64,000 nt of DNA, taken from contig OX597817.1 of the NCBI GenBank assembly GCA_951406725.2, positions 32,736,001 to 32,800,000 on the forward strand. The letters run 5' to 3'. Position 1 is the stretch's first letter, and every line of letters begins with the position of its first letter. Positions 26,243 through 38,826 of the stretch are shown piece after piece. The stretch is from Octopus vulgaris. Lineage: Eukaryota. The position numbers and the translations under genes are program-made. A model generated the notes under the pieces. The model made no database searches and was not told the origin of the DNA. It saw only the letters and a program-made list of their open reading frames with translations.

Positions 26243-26325
26243 TTTCACCTGTGAGTGCCCAGCGTCTCCAGGTAAGTTGTGACAGTTGCAACTTGCCTGA
26301 AGATCCTGTGCATCTACAGGTGAAA
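26243..26325 (+). ncRNA. Candidate pri-miRNA-like hairpin
   Basis: About 38-nt imperfect arms (tttcacctgtgagtgcccagcgtctccaggtaagttgt / gcaacttgcctgaagatcctgtgcatctacaggtgaaa), 7-nt loop, UGUG at the apical junction. I do not recognise a known miRNA. Confidence 0.35.
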
Positions 26326-26640
26326 CTCAAGTGTAGCAAGAGACTGACTCGACTAAAATAAAATATTGTTAATCTCAACTATGGTATTGAATACTCTTTT
26401 ATCCGATCTGACAGTTAATACTAAAGGAATATATATATATATATATATATAACCAACAAGGAATAAGACTAAGGCAGCTTAGTTAGAATTCAGCAAAGTC
26501 CAATCGCTCTTTTCCATTTTAAAATAACGTGGAAATTCGGTAATGTTGATTTTCATTTTGCTTCATATAAACAAACCATAAAACCTAGATGGTGTTGTTT
26601 GTGTATATATGTGTATTTTCATTCATTTGAAAATACACAT

Positions 26641-26965
26641 AATAATAATAATAATAATAAACATTGTGTACAGTGCTCAGGTGCACTACAACTCATCTAA
26701 AGTGTATATATAATCAGGTGTAGTTTCGACGGATTTCGGAAAGCATGAGGGCCTTAAAGGATGCAGTGTCATGGCAGTCAACAACTGACGCAGGTAGTTT
26801 ATTCCATGCTTCAGCAACTCTGAGTATGAAGAAATGTTTCCGAAAGTCATGGGAGCTGTGTTGTTTTCTGACTTTGTAGGCATGTCCACGTGTGTTAGAC
26901 ACATGGAGATCAAAAAGGTGTTCAGTGTTGTTATTGGTGAGGTGGTTGACAACTTTGTGGGCGTT
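26641..26965 (-). mobile_element. CR1-clade LINE 3' end
   Basis: TRGHAYKVRKQH..RVAEAWNKLP on the minus strand with a (TTA)n tail. Confidence 0.9.
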
Positions 26966-27159
26966 ATATTGTTTATATTGTTTATTGTACAATCATTGTA
27001 AAATACTTATGTGATTTAGGCATAAGTCTGCAGTTTTGAGAGGGGTTGGTTAGTTGAAACCATCGACTTAATTACTTGACTGGTATTTTATTTTATCTGC
27101 TCTTGGAGAAATAAAACCTTCCGTCTAGAGAAACTCCGGGAGGATTAAAGTTGATCCCT

Positions 27160-27312
27160 GGCGGGATTTGAACTCTGAACGTGCGTGTAGAAATACCTAC
27201 TTCTTTATTACCCACAAGGGGCTAAACATAGAGGGGACAAACAAGGACAGACATAGGTACTAAGCCGATTACATCGACCCCAGTGCGTAACTGGTACTTA
27301 ATTTATCGACCT
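27160..27312 (-). mobile_element. SINE family B fragments
   Basis: ttctttattacccacaaggggctaaac..ctggtacttaatttatcgacc. Confidence 0.8.
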
Positions 27313-29968
27313 CACCGTCGTACGCAGAAAGCTGTCTGCTCGCGCTAGCGGTTTTAAATACGAAGAGGAGATAACTCTTGTTTTATGAATGAACTTAAAA
27401 AACCAAAATATTTTTTTCTTCCTTGATTTGTAAATGTAAATGAATGCTGACACCTTGATATTTATAGATTTCAGACAGTTTTATCAATATTGTGTAATAT
27501 CCATATTATATCTATAATTAAAAAAAATAATATATTATAACCGAGAAAGTGACTATGGATAAATATCGTTCATTGTTTTACTTTACTATCACTACTACAT
27601 GAGTAACACCTTACAAAGGACATTTTTACAGGATTATCTCCCATGAATCGTGTTATACTCGTACTCACAATTTCAAACATTAAAAAAAATTCTACATTAT
27701 ACGTTCACTGTCATTATATTATTATCTGTTATGTATATACCGATCAGTTCCTTATAACTTGATTTATATTCTAAGAGCTGACGAATTCATTTTCAAAAAA
27801 TTTGCATTCATTACAAAGAAAAATTATTATCCACCTTGGCTAGTTTCTTCTGTCTATCTCCACAACACTCGGCTCTAAGAATCACAACTAGTATTAAATC
27901 GTGCCTTCTTTAAACATTTCTAAGATAATGAATCTTGATTTCTGACTAGAATGCTGTTAATTTTAATCGTACATTTTCTTTCAAATAATGCCATGCTCAT
28001 TGAAAGCTTTTAGAAATAATTTAATAAAAATTAGTAAAGCTTTCTCTAAAATAACTTTATCTTCCGTTCCCGTTTTCTTTTAGTTTTCATTTACTTCAGT
28101 GTCAGTATATACCTTATTTCTTTGGTGGTGAAGGTTGATTAAATATTATATTAAAATTCATTTTCTAATTTGACAAGGAAGAAAGGGGGGGTGGATATTC
28201 ATTCTCTGAAAAAGATCTATTCTTAAAAGCTATAATTAGTCTATCTAAGCTTTCTAAATGAATTTGCTTCCCCAGTTGTTACTCTGTGGTAATGTTAAGC
28301 CTATTTCTTCAAACTGTTCATTAAGTATATTATCTAGTAAGATGATGTATTTTAACAGCATAACTGAAAAGAGCACTTTGAGTTGTAAATATAATTTGCA
28401 GTAATTTTTTTTTTATCATCATCATCTAACGTCCATTTTCCATGCTGGCATGGGTTGGACGGTTTGATAGGAGCTGGTGAGCTGAAGAGCAACCAGGGAC
28501 TCCATGTCTGTTTTGACATGGTTTCTATGGCTGGATGCCTTTCCTAATGCCAGCCACTATACTCAGTGTACTAGATGCTTCTATGAGAGACAATTGAGCC
28601 AGAGGTACTTGAATGGAGATAATATGGGACCAGTGAATTTCAAGGATTAGAAGCCAACATAGCAGCATGGGTGCTTTTAGATGGCACTGGCACAGGTGCT
28701 ATTTTGTGGCACAAGCACTCGTGAGCCCAGAAGATTAGGATTGCTCAGCTGAAGAAGGATGCAGGGGACATACCTTTATGCAAGGATAACCGTGATTTTA
28801 GGGGCATTAAATTTGATTTTGGGGGTGGGGAACAAGCACAACAAAACACTTTATAGTTCAGTGAGTAAGAATAATGAAATAAAAACATGAAGAATACTAT
28901 TAAAAATGATTTCTACATACACACAGAACTCTTAGTAGCTGTTTGTTTGAGATTTTAAATTATTACTTCTTGGTTTTCTGTCTGACACCTAATCTCAGAA
29001 GCTCCTCAAATAGCTTTTCAGAGCAGCCAATAATTAGTATAGCTTGTCTTTGTCTTTGGGGCTAAATCACTTCTCCAAAGACTCTACTTATATTTAGTAA
29101 CACAACTTGACTGATTGGAATGTACTTGTCCATCAACACGCTCCAACCTTTGGTTCACAAGTTAACTGTTTCCTCTCTCAGATGTATTCTTTTCAGAACT
29201 GGAATCTTCCTCTTGAGAATAGACTATGTCCTGAAACTCTGAGTAGCTATATAAGACAATGATCAAATGAACAACCATGTGGCATGCATAGCATTTTTCA
29301 CTACATGAAATGCAATGAACCAATGAAGAAGCCTCAATGTAGTCATTTGGCTAAATAAAGATACCAGTCAAATCTACCAAAAAATTGTACATTACTGTCT
29401 TTAGAAAATGGTATACTGAACAATGTAATCTTAGATATACGCAATGTACAAAAACAAAAAAACCTTTTCTACTGCTGCTATGTTGGCTTCTGATCCTTGA
29501 AATTCACTGGTCCCATATTATCTCCATTCAAGCACCCCTGGCTCAATTGTTTCTCATCCCCTTGTCATTCGTAGTGTGTATCTATCTCTCCCCTCCAATC
29601 TTCATACCAACTACTTGGTCCAGCCCTTCCTCGTCTGAATATTAGCAGTATGGAATTCCTTCCTTGCATGTAATCTTGCTGATCTTGGAGAGCCTGCAAA
29701 GGCCATAGGCACAGACCTTCCTTCCAGGCAACAAAAATAAAAAAGATAGATAAATAAATAAATAAAAGGGTATGTTTCTATGGAAATGACTTTGAGACTG
29801 GTTGGATCAAACAGTATAGTCTATGCAGATTCTTACTTGGTGATGTAGAATATGCACACTTTATAAAGACCATATATTGGACCATCTTCACCTCAGAATA
29901 CTTTTGCTCTTCATTGATTCATCTGCAATTTTGGGTGAAATATGAAATGATTACAACAACTTGTTTAA

Positions 29969-30188
29969 CCCTTTAGTGTTCAGATTACTTTGTAAAATAT
30001 AATGCCTTTTCATTCACATTGTTTTGAATTAATCCTGCATTATCTTGTAGTTCTGAGAATTTGATGAAGTAACTCTTCATTTTTAGAATGATATAGTAGG
30101 GCTTGTGTGAGAGGCCAGATCTAGATGGTTTGAACATAAAAGCAGTAGAAAATTTGGGCCAGATATGGCCGGTTTAAATGCTAAAGGG
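29969..30188. mobile_element. piggyBac-type MITE (family 1)
   Basis: TTAA|CCCTTTAG..CTAAAGGG|TTAA. Confidence 0.85.
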
Positions 30189-30688
30189 TTAAGCAAATTA
30201 GCATAAAAAGCACCCATACTAGTGCCATGTAAAAAGCATCCCTGTCTATTCCGTGTAAAAAGCACCTGTGCTGGCATCATATAAGAAGGTACCTGTACCA
30301 GTCCCTTGTAAAGAACAGCTGTGTTGGTGCCACATAAAAACTACCCATGCTGGCATCGCATAAAAGGCACTCATGCCAGTGACACATACAAAGTACCCAG
30401 TACTCTATGTAAAGTGGTTGGCATTAGGAAGGGTATCCAGTCTTAGAAATTATGCCAAGCAGATGATTGGGTCCTGGTGCAGCCCTCTGGCTTGCCAGCT
30501 CCTGTCAAACCATCCAACCCATGCCAGCATGGAAAACAGACATTAAATGATGATGATAAATTGCAGTTGCATTTCAGATTTTTTACTTTTGATTTAGCTC
30601 TATATGTTTCGACTATGACTGTCCTATATTTTATTTCGTTTTTGGATTTGGTTTGCAAGATTCTTTATTTGAGTTCGTGTGTTGAAGC

Positions 30689-30949
30689 ATATTCTGTTGT
30701 GTCTGGGGAGAGTCATTTTCTTTTTGTGCCTTATAATGTAACACACTCACCGGTAAAATTTCCACTTATTTCTTATTTTTATTTTCCTAAAATTTTCCTG
30801 AGAGTCAAGATTATTGAAAAGGTTGCAAGACGCCAATGAAAATTTTAGGAAAATAAAAATAAGAAATAAGTGGAAATTTTACCAGTGAGTGTGTTACAAT
30901 TGTAAGGCACAAAAAAAAAAAATTACTCTCCCCTGACACAACAGAATAT
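30689..30949. repeat. ~110-bp-arm palindrome with a ~40-nt spacer
   Basis: atattctgttgtgtc..cctaaaattttc / gaaaattttagg..gacacaacagaatat. Confidence 0.93.
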
Positions 30950-32400
30950 CCTATATTTATTTATTATTTTGTACTATCTAAGATTACATTGTTCAGTATA
31001 CCATTTTCAAAAGACAGTAATGTACAATTTTTAGGTAGATTTGGCTGGTATCTTTATGAAGCGAAATGACTACATTAAGGCTTCTTCATTGGTTCATTGC
31101 ATTTCATGTAGTGAAAAATGCTATGCATGCCACATGGTTGTTGATTTGACCATTGTCTTATTGTATAGCTACTCAGAGTTTCAGGACATAGTCTATTTTC
31201 AAGAGGAAGATTCCAGTTCTGGAAAGAATACATCTGAGTTCTTGTACAAAATTACATGTTTATACAAACAATCATGAACATAGCATTTAAATGGTTTCAG
31301 AGTACTGAGAATGATAATGATGTCTAAATACAAACACTTTTAAGTAACAAATAAATGCTTGCTGAAAACTTCTGTCTGATGTGACTGAAAACTTAAAGAA
31401 AACTGTAAAGTATCCTTTATTTAATTTTGTATGTTCAGTGGAAAAACGGCCCTTTACCTTTTTGTCACCATATTTCTGTTGAGATGTTTTGTATTTCTTT
31501 CTATTGATTTTATATATAACAAAGAATTTAGTAAAATAACTTAGTTATCATTAAGCTAGTGTTAGGAACATAAATTGTGACTAAGGTTTGGTGGAAGTTT
31601 TACTTTAGAATTTTTGAAAACAAGACTACAGAGCCAGAGGTGGTTTCAGTTGGGTTGTTATCAAAAGGGTTAAGTAACAAATAAATGCTTGCTGAAAACT
31701 TCTGTCTAATGTGACTGAAATCTTAAAGAAAATTTTATTTAATTTTGTATATTCAGTTGAAAACAACCCTTAAATTAAAACATGCAGTACACACCTAGAA
31801 CTAGAAATCTTTTTTTCTTCTTCTTAGAAGCAATTTCTATGAGTAGTTTACAAATCTTAAAATACATGTTCTTCACTCATAAAATAGTGCACCTGTAATG
31901 TATTTCTGATTTACCTGAGCAATTAATGCAATAAGCTCATTTTCATAATTATTTTAATTTACTTTGCTGAAGTGGTCTTAATTTTATTCAGTCATGATAT
32001 TATACATTTTCATTTATTTCTTTATTTACAACTTATTCAAAGACGGACCAGGGATCATGACTTTTGTAGCCACCTGTATTGTGAAATTGATGTTGATGCT
32101 CGATTGAACATAGGAATGAAATGAGTGAGCACAACTGTTGGAATGCAAAGAATTTGGCATGGCTGATTGGACATTCAGCCTGTTCTGGTGACAGCACATT
32201 TTGGTGCAAGAGGCACACTCACTCATGCATGCATTTGCATAGATATACACATAGAGATAGGAATCATGAGAGGAGGAAAGAAACATTACATTTTATTTAT
32301 TGAAAATGATTGATGTTTTCCCTCACCTCATACGCATAAAGAGAAATATACTCATACACATGAACAGAGAAGGGGAGAAAGAGGAGAGAAAGAAACAGAA

Positions 32401-32995
32401 GAAAAGGCAGTGAGCTGGCAGAAACGTTAGCATGCCAGGCGAAATGCTTAGTGGTATTTCATCTGCCGTTACATTCTGAGTTCAAATTGTGCCAAGGTCG
32501 ACTTTGCCTTTCATCCTTTCAGGGTCAATTAAATAAGTACCAGATACGCACTGGGGTCGATATATTCGACTTAATCCGTAATAAGGCGGCGAGCTGGCAG
32601 AAACGTTAGCACGCCGGGCGAAATGCGTAGCCGTATTTCGTCTGCTGTTATGTTCTGAGTTCAAATTCTGCCATGGTTGACTTTGCCTTTCATCCTTTTA
32701 GGGTCGATAAATTAAGTACACATTGGGGTCGATGTAATCGACTTAATCCATTTGTCTGTCTTTGTTTGTCCTCTCTGTGTTTAGCCCCTTGTGGGTAGTA
32801 AAGAAATGGGTATTTTGTCTGCCATTACATTCTGAGTTCAAATTGCGCCGAGGTCGACTTTGCCTTTCATCTTTTCGGGGTCGATAAATTAAGTACCAGT
32901 TACACACTGAGGTCGATGTAATCGACTTAATCCCTTTGTCTGTCCTTGTTTGTCCCCTCTATGTTTAACCCCTTGTGGGCAATAAAGAAATAAGA
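32401..32995 (+). mobile_element. Tandem array of SINE family B (Meta/MESC-like domain)
   Basis: Three successive gttcaaatt..gtcgactttgcctttcatcctttcggggtcgataaattaagtaccag units. Confidence 0.85.
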
Positions 32996-33455
32996 AAGAA
33001 AAAGGAGAGAAAAATGAGAGAAAGAGAAGGAGAGGGAAGAAAAAGAAAATGTGACAAGAAAAGAATTTGTGGAGTACTGTTGAGAGAAGGAAGGATAAAA
33101 AAGAAATATGTTAAATGTAGTATCTGTGAGATGAGGCACAAGGTTGAGGAGTGAGTATGCAGATAGTTTGGTGGAGCAGAGGCAGATGTAGTAGTGGTAG
33201 AGTAGAAAAGGTGTGATGACCACAGTGTGGTACTCTGGGCAAATATCATCTGCCAATTAGTTTGTTGGTTGACAAACATCTGTATCTTTTGAATAGGATG
33301 TTTAAAATAGGATAATATTTTTCTCTGTAAAACAATCTTAATCCCTTAATTGTTGCAATTATATTTTATTTACTTCCCTAATGGTCTTAGAGAGAAGTAC
33401 ATCTCTGGCTCTTACCAAAATATTTTGGTTACCTGGCAAAATTATATCAAATTCA

Positions 33456-33456
33456 A

Positions 33457-33487
<31 letters not shown>

Positions 33488-33856
33488 ACTCACTCACTCA
33501 CTCACTCACTCACTCACTCACCCACTCACTCACTCACTCACTCACTCACTCACTCACTCACTCACTCACTCACTCACTCACTCACTCACTCACTCACTCA
33601 CTCAATCGCTCGCTCGCTCACTCAATCACTCACTCACTCACTCACTCACTTACTCACTCACTCACCCATTCACTCACTCGCTCACTCACTCACTCAATCA
33701 CTCACTCACTCATTCACTCACTCATTCACTCACTCACTCCTCACTCACTCCTCACTCACTCACTCACTCACTCACTCACTCACTCATTCTCTCACTCACT
33801 CACTCACTCATTCTCTCACTCATTCACTCACTCATTCACTCACTCACTCACTCACA
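33456..33856. repeat. (CT)n + (ACTC)n microsatellite, ~400 bp
   Basis: Direct reading. Confidence 0.98.
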
Positions 33857-34090
33857 CGTATTGTTGTTTTCATGTCTACTTTTTCTATGCTGCTATGGAT
33901 TGGACAAGAATTGTTGAGACTGTGTTCTACAGCTAGATGCTCTTCTAGGTACTCAGCCCCACTTGATTTTCAAGTAAGGTCCTTTAGTCCCTGATTTTAT
34001 TTGAACTTCCAAAGCTGCTGGAGTTTTATTTATCTGGGACATGAATGTGATCGCCACTGCTTAAATACGAAGTCATATGTAAACACACAT

Positions 34091-34132
<42 letters not shown>

Positions 34133-34333
34133 CACGACAGGTTTCTTTCAGTCTCTGTCTACCAAATCCATTCACTTGGTCTACTTGGGGCTATAGGAGA
34201 AACCATTTTCCAAAGGTGCTGTACAATGGGACTAAACACAAGATCACATGGTTAGGGAGCAGGGTTCTTAACCACACAGCCATGTCTGCACCTATTGGCC
34301 TTGTGAATGGAATTTAAAACTGTAGAAAAACCC

Positions 34334-34388
<55 letters not shown>

Positions 34389-35548
34389 TGGTGGTGGTGG
34401 TGGTGGCGGCGGCGATGATGATGGTGATGCTGATGGTGGTGAGGATGATGATGATAATGATGATTATGTAACGTCCATTTTCCATGCTGGCATGGGTTAG
34501 ACGGTTTGACTGAGGTCTGAACCAGGCTCCAATCTGATCTGGTATTGTTTCTACTGCTGGATGCCCTTCTTAACGCCAACCACTCCAAGAGTTTAGTGGG
34601 TACTTTTTACATGCCACCAGCACAGGAGCCAGTCAAGCGGACCTGGCATCGATCACATTTGAATAGTGCTTTTTACGTGCTACCAGCATGGGAGCCAGTT
34701 AGGGGCTGCTTGCATCGGCCATGTTTAGATAGTGCTTTTTATGTCCCATGCATTTGTATCTGTTTATATTTACCAGTGTAAGCTAGTGTTGCATTCCTTT
34801 ATATAAGTGTAACCTATTGATTTGATAAGCAGAGAATGATAAAATAAGTTTTGTGATGACAAAGAACCGAGATAACTGGTGCCTTGCTGTAATCAAGAAG
34901 ACCCACTCTCTACAGCAGAAGTGTTAAGCATCCTCTGATGAAGGAGATTGGCTTGCAAGAGTCCTGTACCGATGCCATGTAAAAGCGCTCATACTTGTGT
35001 CATGTTAAAAGTACCCAGTGCATACTGTGAAGTGGTTGGTATAGAGAAGGGCATCCAGCTGTAGAAACCAAGCCAAATCAAACTGAAACCTGGTGTAGCT
35101 CTGTAGCTTGCCAGCTCTGGTCAAACTGCACAACTCATGCCAGCATGCGAAATGGACATTAAAGGAGGATGTTGTTGATGATGCTGATGGTGATGATGAT
35201 GATGATAGAAGATAGTGATAGAAGGATATATTATATATGACAGTGCTATAATACTGAAGTGCTATTATATTCATAACAATGATAAGCATCAAGTTGAAAT
35301 GTTAAAGCTATCTTTAAATCATTGATGTATGACAGGATAAAAATCAAATTTAGTGCTGTACTGTCTAGGTCAGTGATCCTCTAATGTTTCTGACCTTGTG
35401 GCACAATGGAGATCAGATATCAAATTTACAGGGGTGTCTGTGTGGTTAAGAAGCTTGCTTCCATATCATATGGTCTTGGGTTCACTCTCACTTAGTGGCA
35501 CCTTGTACAGGTGTCTTCTACTATAATAATAATAATAATAATAATAAA

Positions 35549-36040
35549 TGCCCTGATACAGTACCAGTCAGTGGCTCTCGCTGATAGGCTACAGCATATA
35601 TTCTGCTCAATACCACAGATTTGCTTGTCAGTTGCTTGACCGTAACCAGTTGAGTATGTCCCTTAGTGGCTGACGATATGTGCATCTCTAATCACGAGTG
35701 GAAGTAGTGGAGGAGCATCATGGCCATGTATTGAGAGGAATTCTTTGGGGTTTGGATAATTCACCTTTGAGACTTAGGTGTTTTGTTCAACATCCTTAAA
35801 CAACCCTTATTCAGGGATCTTTTGAGCAGGACGGGCTACTCGACCTGAAGAAAATTCTAACCGGGCCCCCATCTGCAAGGTCATGCACTGTTTATCTTGA
35901 TATGAGATCATTATGTTGCGCACATATGGTTGTGGTGCATGTGCTTAGTGTACCCTTATAAGACAGGTAGTCATGATGGGTATACTGGGCTTCATATATT
36001 TTACCCCAGTGTCACTTTGATGGCATGCACTGCCCTCTCA
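35549..36040. mobile_element. Unclassified interspersed element inserted within a (TAA)n tract
   Basis: About 490 bp of higher-complexity, more GC-rich sequence sharply bounded by (AAT)n on both sides. Confidence 0.45.
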
Positions 36041-36695
36041 ATAATAATAATAATGATGATGATAATAATATTAATAATAATAATAATAATAATGAATTGT
36101 ATACTGTGCTCCAGTCCACTACAACTAACTAAAACTCCATGAACAGTACATAGAATATGTACAGGAAGGGAATAGTTAAAAAGTCTTTAAAAAAATGGCA
36201 GTTGGGAGTCATCAGGTGTACTGTTGGCGAATTTCAGGAAGTATGGAAGTTTTGAAGGATGTAGTACCCCCGACAACTGAAGTGGGTTGTTTATTTCTAT
36301 GCTTCAGCAATTCTGAGCATGAAAAATTGCTTCTGAAAGTTGTGAGTGCTGTGTTGACAAAAACCTTGTAAGTAAATTTGCTTGATGGAAATGTGTATAT
36401 CAGTGTGTGTGTGTGTGTGTGTGTCCTTGTCTTGACATCACATGATGGTTGTAAAAGAGCGTCACTGTCATATAAGCAGTGTTGTTTGTTTCCAGTTTTC
36501 CATGAAAATCATTTCTGGCCATGAGGAAAACAAGTGAGGCTTGGCAACAGGAAGGACATCTAGCCATAGAAAATCTGCTTCAACAAATTGTATCTGACCA
36601 ATGCAAGCTTGGAAAAGTGGACATTAAAAATGATAATGATATTTACATCACATCTTTCCATCAGTGCCATGGATTTCTTACAAAATATAATTTAA

Positions 36696-37211
36696 CCCTT
36701 TATCTTTCAGATCATCATCATCATCATCGTTTAATGTCCGTTTTCCATGCTAGCACGGGTTGGACGGTTCGACCGGGGTCTGGGAAGCCAGGCAAATGTA
36801 ATGCTTATTAATATCCATTGTTTTGAATTAATCATGCATTCTCTTGTAACATTTAAATTCTGATAATATGACTGTTTAGTTTTAGAATGACATTGTAAGG
36901 CTGGTGTCAGAGTCAGACCTGGCTGGTTTGAACTTAAAACAGGTAGAATACTTTGGCCGGATATGGTTGTTTTAACCCTTTAGTGTTTAAACTGGCCAAA
37001 TCCGGCCCAATATATTCTACATATTTTATATTCAAACTGGCCATATCTGTCCTCTCACACCTAACCTACATTGACATTCTAAAAATAAACAATCACATCA
37101 TTGAAACCTCAAAGCTATAAGATAATGCTTGATTAATTCAAAACAATTTAATTAAAAAAGCATTACATTTAACAGAGTAATCTGAACACTAAAGAGTTAA
37201 ATGCTAAAGGA
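36696..37211. mobile_element. Nested piggyBac-type MITEs (family 1 inside family 1, opposite orientation)
   Basis: Inner copy 36976-37196 is flanked by TTAA; the outer copy resumes with atgctaaaggattaa. Confidence 0.75.
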
Positions 37212-38168
37212 TTAAAATTTTTAAATATCTATGTTAATGCCTGAACATTTTGTTAAAGCATGTTATTTGTAATTTTGTTGAACACCCAAATGATTAATAA
37301 AACCAGGGTAGTAATAGTTTTCTGTGTATTTTTCTAAAATTTTAAACCTTCAGAGAGCTTTTTTGTAGCTTTCAAAGAGAAAGTGCCAGCAGTTATTTTT
37401 TATTTGATTGCCAGTGCACTGTGAAATCAAAAAGATGGATAACCACTATGGCAGGATGTAATTTGAGGGAAATTTAACTACTATTTCTAGCAGGTTGAGC
37501 AGCTATATAGAAGTTTCTTCCCTAGTTTGAATAGCAGCAGTAGTAATAGCAGTGTGAGCCATGAGAATTTGGTGGGAGTAATAATAATCATGATGGTGTT
37601 GATTTCTTTAGGTATATCATTGGTTTTTCTGAAAAGGCAAGAAGGCAAAATCAATCATAGTGATTCCTGCATCATATTACTTTTATCCATTTTATTGATC
37701 CTTCTTCAGGTGGCAACAAGGTAACCCCTCCTCCCTCCCACTGATAAAACATCTTGTGTAGTTTCTCTTCTACCTACATCTTCAATTACCTTAAAATTAC
37801 AATTTCTTTCAAAAACCACAGAACCAGTTTTCGCAGTTGTTTGAAGTATTACCAATATATTACTGGTATTTGAGATTATTGATTGCAGGAGGATAAGAAA
37901 CACTGTCCCTAAGTAACAACAATAACAACAACAACAACAACAACAACAACAGCAATAATAATTATAAATTTTGGTACAAGGCCAACAATTTCAGGAGAGG
38001 GGGTAAATTGATTATACATATTTCTTTGACCCTGAAAGGATGAAAGCAAAGTTGACCTTGGTAGAATTTGGACTCAGGTCATGAAGACAGATGGAATGCT
38101 GTTAAGCATTTTGTTTGGCATGCTATAACAGTTTTGTAAGCTTGCTGCCTTAAATTATAATAATAATC

Positions 38169-38209
<41 letters not shown>

Positions 38210-38216
38210 GATGATA

Positions 38217-38826
38217 ATTGTTAGTGAATGCCCAAAATTGACACAACGCAAATACAAAAGACGTCATGACAATGATCCATTGGGAGCACTTTGGAAATCA
38301 CGGCCTAAAAAGAGCAAAGATGTGGTATGAGAAAACCCCAGAAGGAGTCACCGAGAATGAGAATTGCAAAATCCTGTGGGATGCTATGATCCAGTGTGTT
38401 CACCTGACCAGACATCAGAGACCGGACATTGTTGTGGTGAATAAAAAAGAAAGAACATGCATGGTAATCAACAAAGCATGCCTCGGTGACAACAGGATCA
38501 ATGTGACAGAAGAAGAAAAAATAAACAACTATGACGATTTGAAGTGGGAAATACGAAGGTTGTGGTCAATGAGGAGAGTAGACCTGATACCAGTAGTAAT
38601 TGGCGCACTTGGAAGTATCAGCACTCAGTTACCAACATGGCTGAAAAAGATTGGTGCAAGTGTGAAGGTAGAACACCTACAAAAATCAACATTGCTTGGA
38701 ACTGCAAGAATTCTTCATAGGGTTCTTGGAGCATGACCAGTAAACAAATGTCACCATAGTCTACTGGCTGTGGACAGCTGACATTTTCTATCATACCCGG
38801 CAAAATAAGCTGTGAGTTTTCATCAC
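38217..38826 (+). mobile_element. 5'-truncated R4/Dong-like non-LTR retrotransposon (restriction-like endonuclease domain)
   Basis: IVSECPKL..YKRRHD, then KILWD..RPDIVVV..EEEKINNYDDL..IPVVIGALG..LQKSTLLGTARIL (ORF 38266-38736); embedded in (TAA)n. Confidence 0.85.

Larger units (their letters stand above)
23690..27093. repeat. 431-bp inverted repeat pair (23690-24120 / 26663-27093)
   Basis: Arms are reverse complements with about 3 mismatches by eye and include non-LINE flank. Confidence 0.95.
29177..31238. repeat. ~270-bp inverted repeat pair (29177-29453 / 30967-31238)
   Basis: Reverse-complement match along the whole arm with scattered substitutions. Confidence 0.93.

Noticed and set aside
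33350-33994. Long ORFs with SLTH repeats
   Set aside because: Translation of an (ACTC)n microsatellite; no splice or domain evidence.
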